64,000 nucleotides of DNA from an uncultured virus (IMG/VR IMGVR_UViG_3300042474_001006) (taxonomy: Duplodnaviria > Heunggongvirae > Uroviricota > Caudoviricetes). Location of the stretch: the IMG/VR virus record IMGVR_UViG_3300042474_001006; one strand, 5' to 3'. A model generated the notes under the pieces. That model did no database searches and was not told the DNA's origin. It saw only the letters and a list, made by a program, of their open reading frames with translations. Shown piece after piece: positions 1 through 9,500 of this stretch (position 1 is its first letter; each line of letters opens with the position of its first letter). The position numbers and the translations under genes were made by a program.

Positions 1-1
1 A

Positions 2-631
2 AAAGAAATAGAGAAGATTCTTGATTCACGTAGATCAAGATTGCAAACATTGCCTGACAACACAAATATAAATATGGCAATTGCAGAAGGAGGAAATGAA
101 GTGGAAAAGCTTAATGTAACAGAAGCAACTCCAGTAGTAGAAGAAGCAGTAGCTCCAGAAGCACCTGCAGAAATTATTGAAGAAGTTGCCCCAGTAGAAC
201 AAGATTCTGCTGAAATTGTAGCTGAAGTAACTTCTGCCGAAGTTCTGGAAAAATCAGCAGAACTAACAGCTCAGGAGACACCTGACTTTGTTAAAATGCT
301 AGGCGACCTTAAGGGTTTCTTCTCAGAGACTTTGGAAAAGGCCTCTGAGGCAAACGCTGCTCAGGTTTCAACAATCAAGGAGACAGTCGAAGCTTTTAGC
401 AAGAATGTCGATTTGAGAATTTCAGAATTAGCAGAAAAGCACACAGAACTCTCAACAGCAGTTGATTCAATTAAGTCCATCATGGACACAGTTGAAAAAA
501 GAGTAGACGCAGTAGAATCAGACACTGCAATTAAGAAGTCCTCTGACCTTGGCGGGTCAACAGGAGTAACAATCAAAAAATCAAAATGGAACGGCACTTT
601 CCTCGGTTCCGTTAGCGAATTAACAAAATAA
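2..631 (+). CDS. C-terminal part of capsid maturation protease/scaffold protein (5' truncated by the window)
   Basis: Frame is open from base 2 (KEIEKILDSRRSRLQT...); acidic E/A/P-rich stretch then coiled coil, directly upstream of the major capsid gene. Confidence 0.65.
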   Translation, partial: KEIEKILDSRRSRLQTLPDNTNINMAIAEGGNEVEKLNVTEATPVVEEAVAPEAPAEIIEEVAPVEQDSAEIVAEVTSAEVLEKSAELTAQETPDFVKMLGDLKGFFSETLEKASEANAAQVSTIKETVEAFSKNVDLRISELAEKHTELSTAVDSIKSIMDTVEKRVDAVESDTAIKKSSDLGGSTGVTIKKSKWNGTFLGSVSELTK

Positions 632-649
632 GGGTATGGTGAAAAACTA

Positions 650-1699
650 ATGAGTAATGAACTATTAGCAAAAGCAGCTGAAGCAGGCACAACACTAACA
701 GGTGGAATGACTGGCGCAGCAAACCCTACCGACGGAATTCACGTAGGTTCCGAGGGTAAGGGAGGCTTGCTCAATCCTGAGCAATCCGCAAGATTCCTAG
801 ATTACATGTTCGATGCAACAGTAATCGGTAAAGTAGCACGTACAGTTCGAATGAGAGCTGACACTACAGAGATTGATCGTATCGGCGTCGGAGAGAAGCT
901 TATGAAGCTTGCATCCGAAGCAGAGAACACTGGCACAAATTCAGCCGTACAGTTCTCAAAGATTTCTCTCACAACAAAGAAGCTTCGCCTAGATTGGGAA
1001 CTTTCAACTGAGTCTCTAGAAGACAACATTGAGGGTGCTGATCTAGAAGATCACATTGCAAGACTTATGGCAACACAGGCTGGTAACGACCTAGAAGACG
1101 TAGTTCTTAACGGTAACACAGCTCTATCTTCAGATAACCTATACAAGGCATTTGATGGTATTGTCAAGATTGCAAAGACAAATGGTCGTGTAGTAGCTGG
1201 AGCGGGTGCACCAGTATCCCGTGAAATCTTCAACAAGGCACTAAAGGCTATGCCACGTAAGTACAAGCAGCGTCGTCCAGACCTACGCTTCCTTGCAGGC
1301 TCAAACCTAATTCAAGACTACTTGTACTCAACATCACAGAACATCCAGAACGTTAACCCACAAGATATTGCTTCAAGCATTATCCGTGGAGACCAGGGTG
1401 GTCTAGGTGGTCCAGCAGGATATGTGGCACCATTCGCATTTGGTATTCCAATTGTTGAAGTTCCACTACTTAAGGAAACACAGACAGGTTCATATGCAAC
1501 ACCAACAGGAGAGCACGGAGACGTCCACTTGACATTCCCAAATAACGTTGTTATTGGTATCAAGCGTGATGTAACTGTTTACCGCTTCTTCTGGCCAAAG
1601 AAGGACTCAATCGAATATACAATGTATACTCGTGTTGGTACCCAAATTGAGCAGGCAGATGCATGGGTAGTCGTAAAAGACGTTAAGGTTGCTTCTTAA
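650..1699 (+). CDS. Major capsid protein (HK97 fold)
   Basis: GGLLNPEQSARF, LSTESLEDNIEG, DLEDVVLNG and FGIPIVEVP motifs; followed by a strong terminator. Confidence 0.92.
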   Translation: MSNELLAKAAEAGTTLTGGMTGAANPTDGIHVGSEGKGGLLNPEQSARFLDYMFDATVIGKVARTVRMRADTTEIDRIGVGEKLMKLASEAENTGTNSAVQFSKISLTTKKLRLDWELSTESLEDNIEGADLEDHIARLMATQAGNDLEDVVLNGNTALSSDNLYKAFDGIVKIAKTNGRVVAGAGAPVSREIFNKALKAMPRKYKQRRPDLRFLAGSNLIQDYLYSTSQNIQNVNPQDIASSIIRGDQGGLGGPAGYVAPFAFGIPIVEVPLLKETQTGSYATPTGEHGDVHLTFPNNVVIGIKRDVTVYRFFWPKKDSIEYTMYTRVGTQIEQADAWVVVKDVKVAS

Positions 1700-1719
1700 T
1701 TAAATAAGAAATAACTACC

Positions 1720-1751
1720 GAAAGGCCCCCAATTAATTTTGGGGGCTTTTC
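1720..1751 (+). terminator. Intrinsic terminator after major capsid gene
   Basis: gaaaggcccccaa-ttaatt-ttgggggcttttc hairpin with T-rich tail. Confidence 0.85.
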
Positions 1752-1766
1752 ATTTTAATTTTATAG

Positions 1767-1775
1767 TGCTATAAT
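1767..1775 (+). promoter_or_regulatory. Extended -10 promoter element
   Basis: TGCTATAAT; AGGAG SD and ATG at 1803 downstream. Confidence 0.6.
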
Positions 1776-1802
1776 TTGTATACATACCAAAGGAGTATAT
1801 AT

Positions 1803-2201
1803 ATGTCATTTGACACACTTAAGGTCAAGGAACTAAAGACATTAGCAGCGGACTTCGCAGTTGATGTTGATGGCCTAAAAAATAAAGCAGATGTTATTGC
1901 AGCCCTAACAGAAGAAGGAGTAACTTGGTCAGTATACCAAGGCACACTTAAAAACATAGAGAACGCAAAAGAAGATGCAGATGAAATTCTTCCTAGGCTA
2001 GATCCAAATCAAAAGCTTGATGAAGATATGGTTCTTGTAAAGATGGATCGACCAAACTACAGATATGATGCACTTGGATTTACATTTACGATTGAGCACC
2101 CATTTGTAGCAATGAAGCCAGATTTGGCTCAAGAAATTTTTGATAAGGAGGAAGGGTTTAGATTGGCTACACCTAGAGAAGTACAGGAGTACTACAACTA
2201 A
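1803..2201 (+). CDS. Virion-module protein with N-terminal Rho-N/HeH-like helical motif
   Basis: LKVKELKTLA...LKNKADVIAAL pattern; start reassigned to ATG 1803 after AGGAG. Confidence 0.55.
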   Translation: MSFDTLKVKELKTLAADFAVDVDGLKNKADVIAALTEEGVTWSVYQGTLKNIENAKEDADEILPRLDPNQKLDEDMVLVKMDRPNYRYDALGFTFTIEHPFVAMKPDLAQEIFDKEEGFRLATPREVQEYYN

Positions 2202-2210
2202 GCCTAATAC

Positions 2211-3194
2211 ATGGCAGAGATATACATAAACACAAGCACGGCAGCAACAACAAAACTTTACGTAAAAGGTGAAGCTATAACGCCAACATCATCAGTAGTT
2301 GTAAAATTTTATGACATAACTGGCGATCCGCTTGTTTCTCCACAGATTAATCCTTCATCAATTATTGCAACTGTAACAGCAGAAGCAAGCGAAGTTGATC
2401 AAGGATCGTTTGGTGTTTATCTACCAGTCCAGCATGCAACAAGAAATAGAAAGTTTAAGTTAGTATGGGATTGGCAGTTCAACTCAGTTGCATACTCAAC
2501 TACAACCTACCTAGATGTTGTCACTCCATACGTTGATATTCAAGAGGCAGCTCAAGAGATGGGTCTTGGTTCAGATGCAAATGATCCAAGTCATAGAACA
2601 TACCAGGAATTAAAGCTAGCTGAAAGGTATGCTAGAAATATAATTGATGGACATACTGGTCAGAAGTTTTATTTACATGATGACAGATTCTTTACAGTAG
2701 GAAGTGATTCAGACACACTTGCAATGCCTAAAAAAATAAATCGGCTACATACGCTACATGCCAATGATGAATTGCTTATAGACAATATCAATAACATTAA
2801 CAATGTTGGAATATCTGTTGAAAATACAGTAAGTGGTTTTGGAATAAGAGCAAGCCATACATCATCATTAGACAATGATGTGTATATTGCAAATGGAATG
2901 GTCCCGCCATCTATTAATGATTTATCTCCAAATATTTTTAGAAGATCAAAGTCGTACAAGGTTTATGCAAGATTTGGTTGGGACTACGTTCCAAATGAAG
3001 TCAGAGACGCAGCAGTTGAGCTGATGAAGATGTACTTTGCAAAGGATCGTGTCTGGAGAGAAAGATATGTTAAAAAGATATCTACAACAGACTGGGACTT
3101 TGAATATTCCTCAGAAGCATTTGGTGGCACAGGATCATCTTATGCAGATAAACTTTTAGCCGATTACGTTATTACTCAAATGGTGATTGTGTAA
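2211..3194 (+). CDS. Head-to-tail adaptor
   Basis: Synteny; AERYARNIIDGHTGQKF and FGWDYVPNEVRDAAVEL connector-like motifs. Confidence 0.75.
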   Translation: MAEIYINTSTAATTKLYVKGEAITPTSSVVVKFYDITGDPLVSPQINPSSIIATVTAEASEVDQGSFGVYLPVQHATRNRKFKLVWDWQFNSVAYSTTTYLDVVTPYVDIQEAAQEMGLGSDANDPSHRTYQELKLAERYARNIIDGHTGQKFYLHDDRFFTVGSDSDTLAMPKKINRLHTLHANDELLIDNINNINNVGISVENTVSGFGIRASHTSSLDNDVYIANGMVPPSINDLSPNIFRRSKSYKVYARFGWDYVPNEVRDAAVELMKMYFAKDRVWRERYVKKISTTDWDFEYSSEAFGGTGSSYADKLLADYVITQMVIV

Positions 3195-3619
3195 TGTTTG
3201 ATTTAGTTGATGGTTTAATGACCATGAAAATGGATGTCTACCGTCAATCAGAACGGCAAGATTCAAACACTGGTGCAATGATTAGAGAATTCTCTTATAT
3301 AAAAACAATAGATTGTTATGCTAGAGGAGTTATTACAGAAAGCCGAAATAGGTCTAACGATAACCAAAAGTTTTCAAACAAATATTCTAATAATCAATAT
3401 ATAGAAGTAAGAACATCTGATAGGCTAACTGCCAGAGATAAGATTAAAAACATTGTTGATGCCAATGGCAAAGCCATTTGGTATGAATTGAATTACCCAA
3501 GTGATACAGATACTGTATTTGATGTGATAGGAACAACTCCAATAGCAGATCCATTTGGAAATGTAGTTGGATACAACTCATCACTACAAAGAGCGGAGAA
3601 TCAGCAAATTGGCATCTGA
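3194..3619 (+). CDS. Head-to-tail stopper/head closure protein
   Basis: Size, beta-rich sequence and position after the adaptor. Confidence 0.65.
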   Translation: MFDLVDGLMTMKMDVYRQSERQDSNTGAMIREFSYIKTIDCYARGVITESRNRSNDNQKFSNKYSNNQYIEVRTSDRLTARDKIKNIVDANGKAIWYELNYPSDTDTVFDVIGTTPIADPFGNVVGYNSSLQRAENQQIGI

Positions 3620-4400
3620 AATTTTAGCAATTAGAGCGGCAAGCGGGCTAGTTAATTTAATGTCTAACAAGCCAGTTAGTGGTGCAATAAGAGACAGTAC
3701 TGTTGCACAAATATCTGCAGCCCTATTTTATAAAACAAATGTGATGGCAAAATTGGCATCTAATCCACAATTTCAATCCGCATTTAGAAATGTAATATTT
3801 GATCAGCTTGAAGTTGATTTTGGAGAGTATGTAGATGCAAAAGCAAGAACATCTCCAAAGTCTTTTCACCATGTTTATGAATGGGGTAGGATTGGCCAAG
3901 ACGAGGCAAGACTATTTAAATTAAAAAAGTTGCCAGTAGATGGACTTTCTTTAAAAGTTAACTATGAGCTAACTGATTCTAAATCGTTTGTGCCAGCTGA
4001 AAATTCTAACAACAGACACGTATTTGTAAAAAAAGCTTCTGTGATGGAAGAGGGAAAAACTGTAGTGATTGCACCTAGATTTTCAGAAAGACTAGTATTT
4101 GACATAGATGGCTACACAGTTTTTATGCCAAAGGGCGAATCCGTTACGGTTAGAAAACCAGGTGGAGCTGCAGTAAAAAACTCTTTCTTTTCTGCCTACA
4201 GATATTTCTTTACTGGTCAGCTAGTTAATATGTCTATAAAAAAATCGGGATTCCAAAGACTTTTTAATTCATCATTATCTAGAGCATTAGGAGTTCCAGC
4301 ACAAGTTAAGACAGTTAAATATAGCTTCTCTGCAAATCAATTAGCAAACGAAGCGGATGCCGCTACATCAGCAGCATTTGCGAGGTTAGCAAATGGCTAA
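3609..4400 (+). CDS. Neck/tail completion protein (putative)
   Basis: Synteny between stopper and tail terminator; likely TTG start at 3609. Confidence 0.5.
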   Translation: MASEILAIRAASGLVNLMSNKPVSGAIRDSTVAQISAALFYKTNVMAKLASNPQFQSAFRNVIFDQLEVDFGEYVDAKARTSPKSFHHVYEWGRIGQDEARLFKLKKLPVDGLSLKVNYELTDSKSFVPAENSNNRHVFVKKASVMEEGKTVVIAPRFSERLVFDIDGYTVFMPKGESVTVRKPGGAAVKNSFFSAYRYFFTGQLVNMSIKKSGFQRLFNSSLSRALGVPAQVKTVKYSFSANQLANEADAATSAAFARLANG

Positions 4401-4902
4401 TTATAAATTAGATGCGATGTTTGAAATAAGAAAGTTCTTGTGGAGCAGACTTACAGCACTTGATATATTTAATCAGGAAGACTATTACTCAGACAACTTA
4501 AATGAGACTCTTGTTCCAATTGTTCCAGTACAGCAACAGCCAGAAATGAATCAATTCTTGAGCGGAAAGAAGCACATAGTCTACGATAAGATAGGAATGT
4601 CTTATGAGAACAACTGGATGATATGCTGCGAACAAATCCTATTAACCCTATATTCACCAGATCTCCTTGATATTGTTGAAATAAGAAACTTCCTAACTGA
4701 TGAGTTTAGAAGAATGGATGAGTCTGCCAAGGATGTCAATAAATGGGCGGGGCTATCAGATAAATTTAAATTCCATAGTATACATATAGCAGAAATATCA
4801 TCTACATCACCCTCAGAAGAGATACAGGGATTCTATGCCTCAGATGTAATATTAGAGGTAAAATACTCAAGAATAACAAATGGGCAGGGAAGGTTTGCCT
4901 AG
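4393..4902 (+). CDS. Tail terminator protein (putative)
   Basis: Size and position directly before the major tail protein. Confidence 0.55.
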   Translation: MANYKLDAMFEIRKFLWSRLTALDIFNQEDYYSDNLNETLVPIVPVQQQPEMNQFLSGKKHIVYDKIGMSYENNWMICCEQILLTLYSPDLLDIVEIRNFLTDEFRRMDESAKDVNKWAGLSDKFKFHSIHIAEISSTSPSEEIQGFYASDVILEVKYSRITNGQGRFA

Positions 4903-4903
4903 T

Positions 4904-4932
4904 TTGCCTTTTATAAGCTAGTAGAGTAAAAT
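4904..4932 (+). promoter_or_regulatory. Sigma70-type promoter for major tail gene
   Basis: TTGCCT-17 bp-TAAAAT in the intergenic region. Confidence 0.5.
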
Positions 4933-5003
4933 TAGAACAGAGGAAAGGGCCTAGCCAGCCAAATATATATATATTAATTTCATGAAATGAAGGAGAAATA
5001 ACA

Positions 5004-5783
5004 ATGGCACAAAAAGTCGGTAATGAGAAGAATATTCTCGTAGGAGCTTCACCGCTATTCCTGTCTGTAGACGATTCTACAACTCCAGGATACGACAATA
5101 GCATGGAAGCAGGTTTAGCAAATTCAGGAACAGCAGCAACAGGAACTGGAGCAGCAAAGGTTGCACCATCCACACTAGTACCAGTTTTTGCATCAGGAGT
5201 ATCTTATACAGATACTTTAAATGCGGCAACACCAAATAAAGAAGGTGGCGTAACAGCAGCAGCATATCGTAACGTAGGTTACACAAACAATGGTCTTCAG
5301 ATCAGCTATCAGCCAACATATGACTCAGTAACTGTTGACCAGTTGCTAGATACAGCTAAGCTATTTAAGTCTGCTATGCAGGTTCAAATTTCTACAGAAA
5401 TGGCAGAAGGTACTCTAGAGAACATTCTTGCAGTATTTGGTCAGAAGTCAAGCACATTGACAGAAAAAAAGGGTGGAACACCAGAAGCAGTTCTAACAGG
5501 ACTAGCAGCAGAAGATCACCTTGGATTAGAAGCAGGTGCACTTGGTTCAGCTCCAACAGAGCGTCAACTAATTGCAGTCGGACAAGCCCCAACATCAGAG
5601 GCAACTGCAGCTGAGCGTGTATATTATGCACGTCGTGTTTTGTCTGTTGAGCAGTCACAGTTCTCTTTGGCTCGTACAGCAGCAACAACATTTCCAGTAA
5701 CATTCCGTCTTCTACCATCAGGTGAGCTAGATCACATAGGTTCAGAATACGGTAAGATTATTGACCGAGTTCTAAAAGTTTAA
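5004..5783 (+). CDS. Major tail (tube) protein
   Basis: NILVGA, YRNVGYTNNGLQISY, VDQLLD and FPVTFRLLP motifs; strong SD; followed by terminator and chaperone. Confidence 0.85.
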   Translation: MAQKVGNEKNILVGASPLFLSVDDSTTPGYDNSMEAGLANSGTAATGTGAAKVAPSTLVPVFASGVSYTDTLNAATPNKEGGVTAAAYRNVGYTNNGLQISYQPTYDSVTVDQLLDTAKLFKSAMQVQISTEMAEGTLENILAVFGQKSSTLTEKKGGTPEAVLTGLAAEDHLGLEAGALGSAPTERQLIAVGQAPTSEATAAERVYYARRVLSVEQSQFSLARTAATTFPVTFRLLPSGELDHIGSEYGKIIDRVLKV

Positions 5784-5800
5784 TTATATTAATAATTAAT

Positions 5801-5832
5801 ACTAAAGCCCTCAAGAAATTGGGGGCTTTAGT
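5801..5832 (+). terminator. Intrinsic terminator after major tail gene
   Basis: actaaagccctcaa-gaaa-ttgggggctttagt hairpin. Confidence 0.8.
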
Positions 5833-5833
5833 G

Positions 5834-5862
5834 TTGTATCCGTATAATGGTTATGCTATAAT
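5834..5862 (+). promoter_or_regulatory. Promoter for chaperone/TMP operon
   Basis: TTGTAT-17 bp-TATAAT with extended TG. Confidence 0.65.
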
Positions 5863-5890
5863 AATTTAGACGATCCTTAAGGAGGATAAA

Positions 5891-6223
5891 TTGGCAACAA
5901 CAGTATATGATGTAGAAGAGATTGAACTACAAAGCGGAGCTAAAGTAAAGCTCAAGCCATTATCAATCAAGCAACTGCGTAAGTTTATGGAAGTAATCAA
6001 GAAGGTTCAAGATGCGGAAGATGAAGCTGCTACTCTTGGAATTTTAGTTGAAGCATGCGGAGTTGCACTAGAAGTTCAGCTGCCAGATCTTGTTCAAGAT
6101 ATCGATAAACTTGAAGAAGCATTAGATGTTCCAACAATTAATCGCATCCTTGAAGTTTGCGGAGGAATTAAGATGGACGACCCAAACCTAATAGCGGCAG
6201 CGGTACTGGCTGGTCAGAACTAG
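5891..6223 (+). CDS. Tail assembly chaperone (gpG-like)
   Basis: Between major tail and TMP; AAGGAGG SD with TTG start; contains slippery heptamer. Confidence 0.85.
   Translation: MATTVYDVEEIELQSGAKVKLKPLSIKQLRKFMEVIKKVQDAEDEAATLGILVEACGVALEVQLPDLVQDIDKLEEALDVPTINRILEVCGGIKMDDPNLIAAAVLAGQN
6181..6187 (+). other. Programmed -1 ribosomal frameshift site (C CCA AAC)
   Basis: X XXY YYZ heptamer in the correct phase; the -1 frame is open to 6558. Confidence 0.85.
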
Positions 6224-6558
6224 ATTTAGCCGCTTTAGAAGGCCAAGTTTTTCTTTTAGGTCACTGGAAGAATTACGAAGAGCTAGAAGAAAATTTATCG
6301 ATGCCAGAATTGGTTCAAACCATAACAGCGATAAATGAGAAAGAGCATAACCAAAGAAGATTCGCAGCATCTCTAAAAGGAATACAATTAGATGATGATG
6401 TAGAAGAAAAAGAAAAAGGTTCTACCTTTGAGGATATCCAAAGAAGAGCTCTTGGAATTAAAGCATCAGCAGATGATGTTGTTGGTTTACAAGGTCCCTT
6501 CGCAGCACAAGCTGGATTTGGAATTGGCGCAGGGTTAGGATACTCTAGGAGTAATTAG
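6187..6558 (+). CDS. Tail assembly chaperone frameshift extension (gpT-like part of gpGT)
   Basis: -1 frame reads PNSGSGTGWSELDLAALEGQVFLLGHWKNYEELEENLSMPEL... and continues into ORF 6301-6558. Confidence 0.8.
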   Translation, partial: PNSGSGTGWSELDLAALEGQVFLLGHWKNYEELEENLSMPELVQTITAINEKEHNQRRFAASLKGIQLDDDVEEKEKGSTFEDIQRRALGIKASADDVVGLQGPFAAQAGFGIGAGLGYSRSN

Positions 6559-9500
6559 TGGCTGACGAACAAATTGTAACCAGTATAGTCGCCAAAGCCG
6601 ACTTGTCTAGCCTTGTGTCTGAAGTACACAGGGCTAGCGCTAGTCTGCAACAATTACAAAGAGAGCTTCTTTCTTCAAACAGAGCAATAGCTGCTTCAAC
6701 AAAGTTAGCAAATAACTTATTTAGAGATACACTGACTGGTAGTGGACAGTACTCCAGCCACTTTGTAAACCTTAATTCTGATGTAGATAAGTTTGGTAAA
6801 AACTTAGACGCTGGTAGATTAAAACTTAAAAACTATTTTTCAACATTTAGAGAGCATGCTACAACACAAAAGGGCATGATCAGGGAGCTTGCCAAAGAGC
6901 AGGTAATGCTTCAGAATGCAGTACTTCAACCATTGGGTAGAAATGCTCAAGGTTTAATGCAGTACAATGTTATGATTCCTAGAGGTTTAGATGCTGTAAG
7001 AAATAGCGCACAACTAGCTCGAATGGAAATGCAGATAATGAATCGTGCATTGTCTGAAGGAGCAGGATCTTTAATTAACTGGGGTAAGAATACTCAGTGG
7101 GCAGGTAGACAGCTAACAGTTGGATTAACCGTTCCACTTACAATGTTTGGAGCGGCAGCTGGTAAAGCATTTAGAGAAGCAGATGCTGAATTAGTAAGAT
7201 TAACAAAGGTTTACGGAGGACTAGCATCAACATCTGCACAAGATCTCAAAGCAATTAGAGAAGAGGTTGTGCAAACAGCAAAGTCTTTATCCCAAACAAT
7301 GGGAGCCTCATTTAAAGATACAATTGCATTGGGTGCTGATATTGCAGCGACTGGAAAGATGGGCAACGATCTTTTAGAGTCAATTTCAGAAACCACTAGA
7401 CTTTCTATTTTGGGTGAAGTTGATAGACAAGATGCTATGAAGGCAACTTTATCAATTCAAACAGCATTTAAACAGAATACAGAAGAGCTTACAGAATCAA
7501 TTAACTTTTTAAACGCAGTTGAAAACCAGACATCAACTACACTTGCAGATTTAGTAGAAGCAATTCCAAAAGCAGGTCCAGTAATTCAGCAACTAGGCGG
7601 AGATGTCAAAGACCTAGCTCTTTATTTGACAGCAATGCGAGAAGGTGGAATTAATGCATCAGAAGGTGCTAACGCATTAAAGTCTGGACTTGCATCTCTT
7701 ATAAACCCAACAAAACAAACTGTCGGGATGATGTCAGACTTTGGCATAGATGTTATGGGTATGGTTGCAAAAAATACTGGAGACACAACAGGCTTATTAA
7801 CAGACTTACAAAAAGCTTTAGACAGCCTTGACCCGTTAAGCAAAGCAAGAGCAATGGAGCAAATGTTTGGAAAGTTTCAGTTTGCAAGAATGAGCGCCCT
7901 GCTTAATAACCTAGGCAAGGAAGGTAGCCAGACACTTCAGGTTATGGAATTGATGAAAGCAAGCACTTCAGATTTAGCAGGAATTGCTGAGCGAGAATTA
8001 GGAATGATAACGGAATCCGCTTCTGGAAAATATAGAAGAGCTATGGAATCCCTAAAAGCATCTCTGGCAGATATTGGAGAAGATTTCCTACCAGTTGCAA
8101 CAAAGCTTGTAAATGCAGCAGCAAAGATATTAGACTTCTTTAGTAATTTACCATCCCCAATTAAAAAAGCAGTTACTTTCTTAGCAGGATTTACAGCATT
8201 AGTTGGACCACTTATTATGTTAACTGGTGTTCTTGCTAACTTCTTTGGATACATAACTAAGGGTATTGTTCAACTAAGAGCATTCTTTATGAAAGCTAAT
8301 GGCTGGAAGATGCTTACTCCAGAAATTATTGCTGCTCAAAAAGCAGCAGAAATGGTGGAAAACGCATTTTATTCAGATGCAGCAGCAGCTCAAGTTCTTC
8401 ACAATGCATTACAAAAACTTGTTTTAGATTATCAAAATTTGCAAGCAGCTTCGATGAAAAATGCTGTTCCTGTAAACCCAGGAGTAAGTACAGTTGGCGG
8501 TGCACCAGTAATGGTTGCTGGAAGAAGAGTTGTTGACCCCGATGATCCTTATGTAGGAGATGTTAACACTAGAGCAATGTCTCATATTAACCCTAGAGAC
8601 CCTAATAATCCTGCAACAATATTTGGTGGTGTTCCAGGAGCAGTTCCAGTTAACAGAGGAATATCAAGAACCCCTCAAATATACATGCATGATAGACTTC
8701 CAAATATTGAAGGACTAACAAGTATAAAAGGAATATCAACAGGAATTGTTCCAGGAGAAGCAGCTAAATTTCACGCTTTGATGGCAACACTTGGTATGCA
8801 AACCAAGCAAGAGGTTGCGGAATTAAAGAAAACAATTGCCATGGGTGGAACAGTAAGCAGAGAGCTACTAGACACATTTGATGACATACTACCAATAACT
8901 CAAAGATTTGCAGATAGTGCAGCAACACAAGCAGCAGTAATTGTGCAGCAAATGAGAAGTGCAGAAATAACAGTTGAGCAGGCAAAGGCAAGGATCTTAG
9001 CACTCAATGCACAAATAGAGGCAGACATGGGTGCAGCGGTGAGTATGTATGCTGCAGGCAGAGGAAGAACGCTAGATTTAACAAGAGCTCCGATGATGGA
9101 TCAACCAGTTGTTGATGCAAATGGTCAGTTTACTTTAAGAGATCTTTATAAGAAAAAAGCAAATGCCTCTGTTATGGAAGAGTTTGGAAGACTTCGTGGA
9201 GTAAGAACATTCGGCGCACCATATAGTATTCAAACAACAAGAATGCCTAGATTTAATACTGGAGGAGACGTAGAATCGTTTGGCCCAAATAAAACCATGG
9301 TGTCTGGTCCATCTTCAGTTAACTATGACGATAGGTTGGGAGAGGTCCCTCTTGGTGGATATGTTTTAAATCAGCAGGCTTCTATGGATCCAGCAAATGC
9401 TGCTTTAGTTGCTATGGCTCCATCTACCTATTTGAATAATGGTGGAAGCATTACCGCAGCTCTTACCCCACGGGAGGTTGTCTTTGGTCCACAAATTCAA

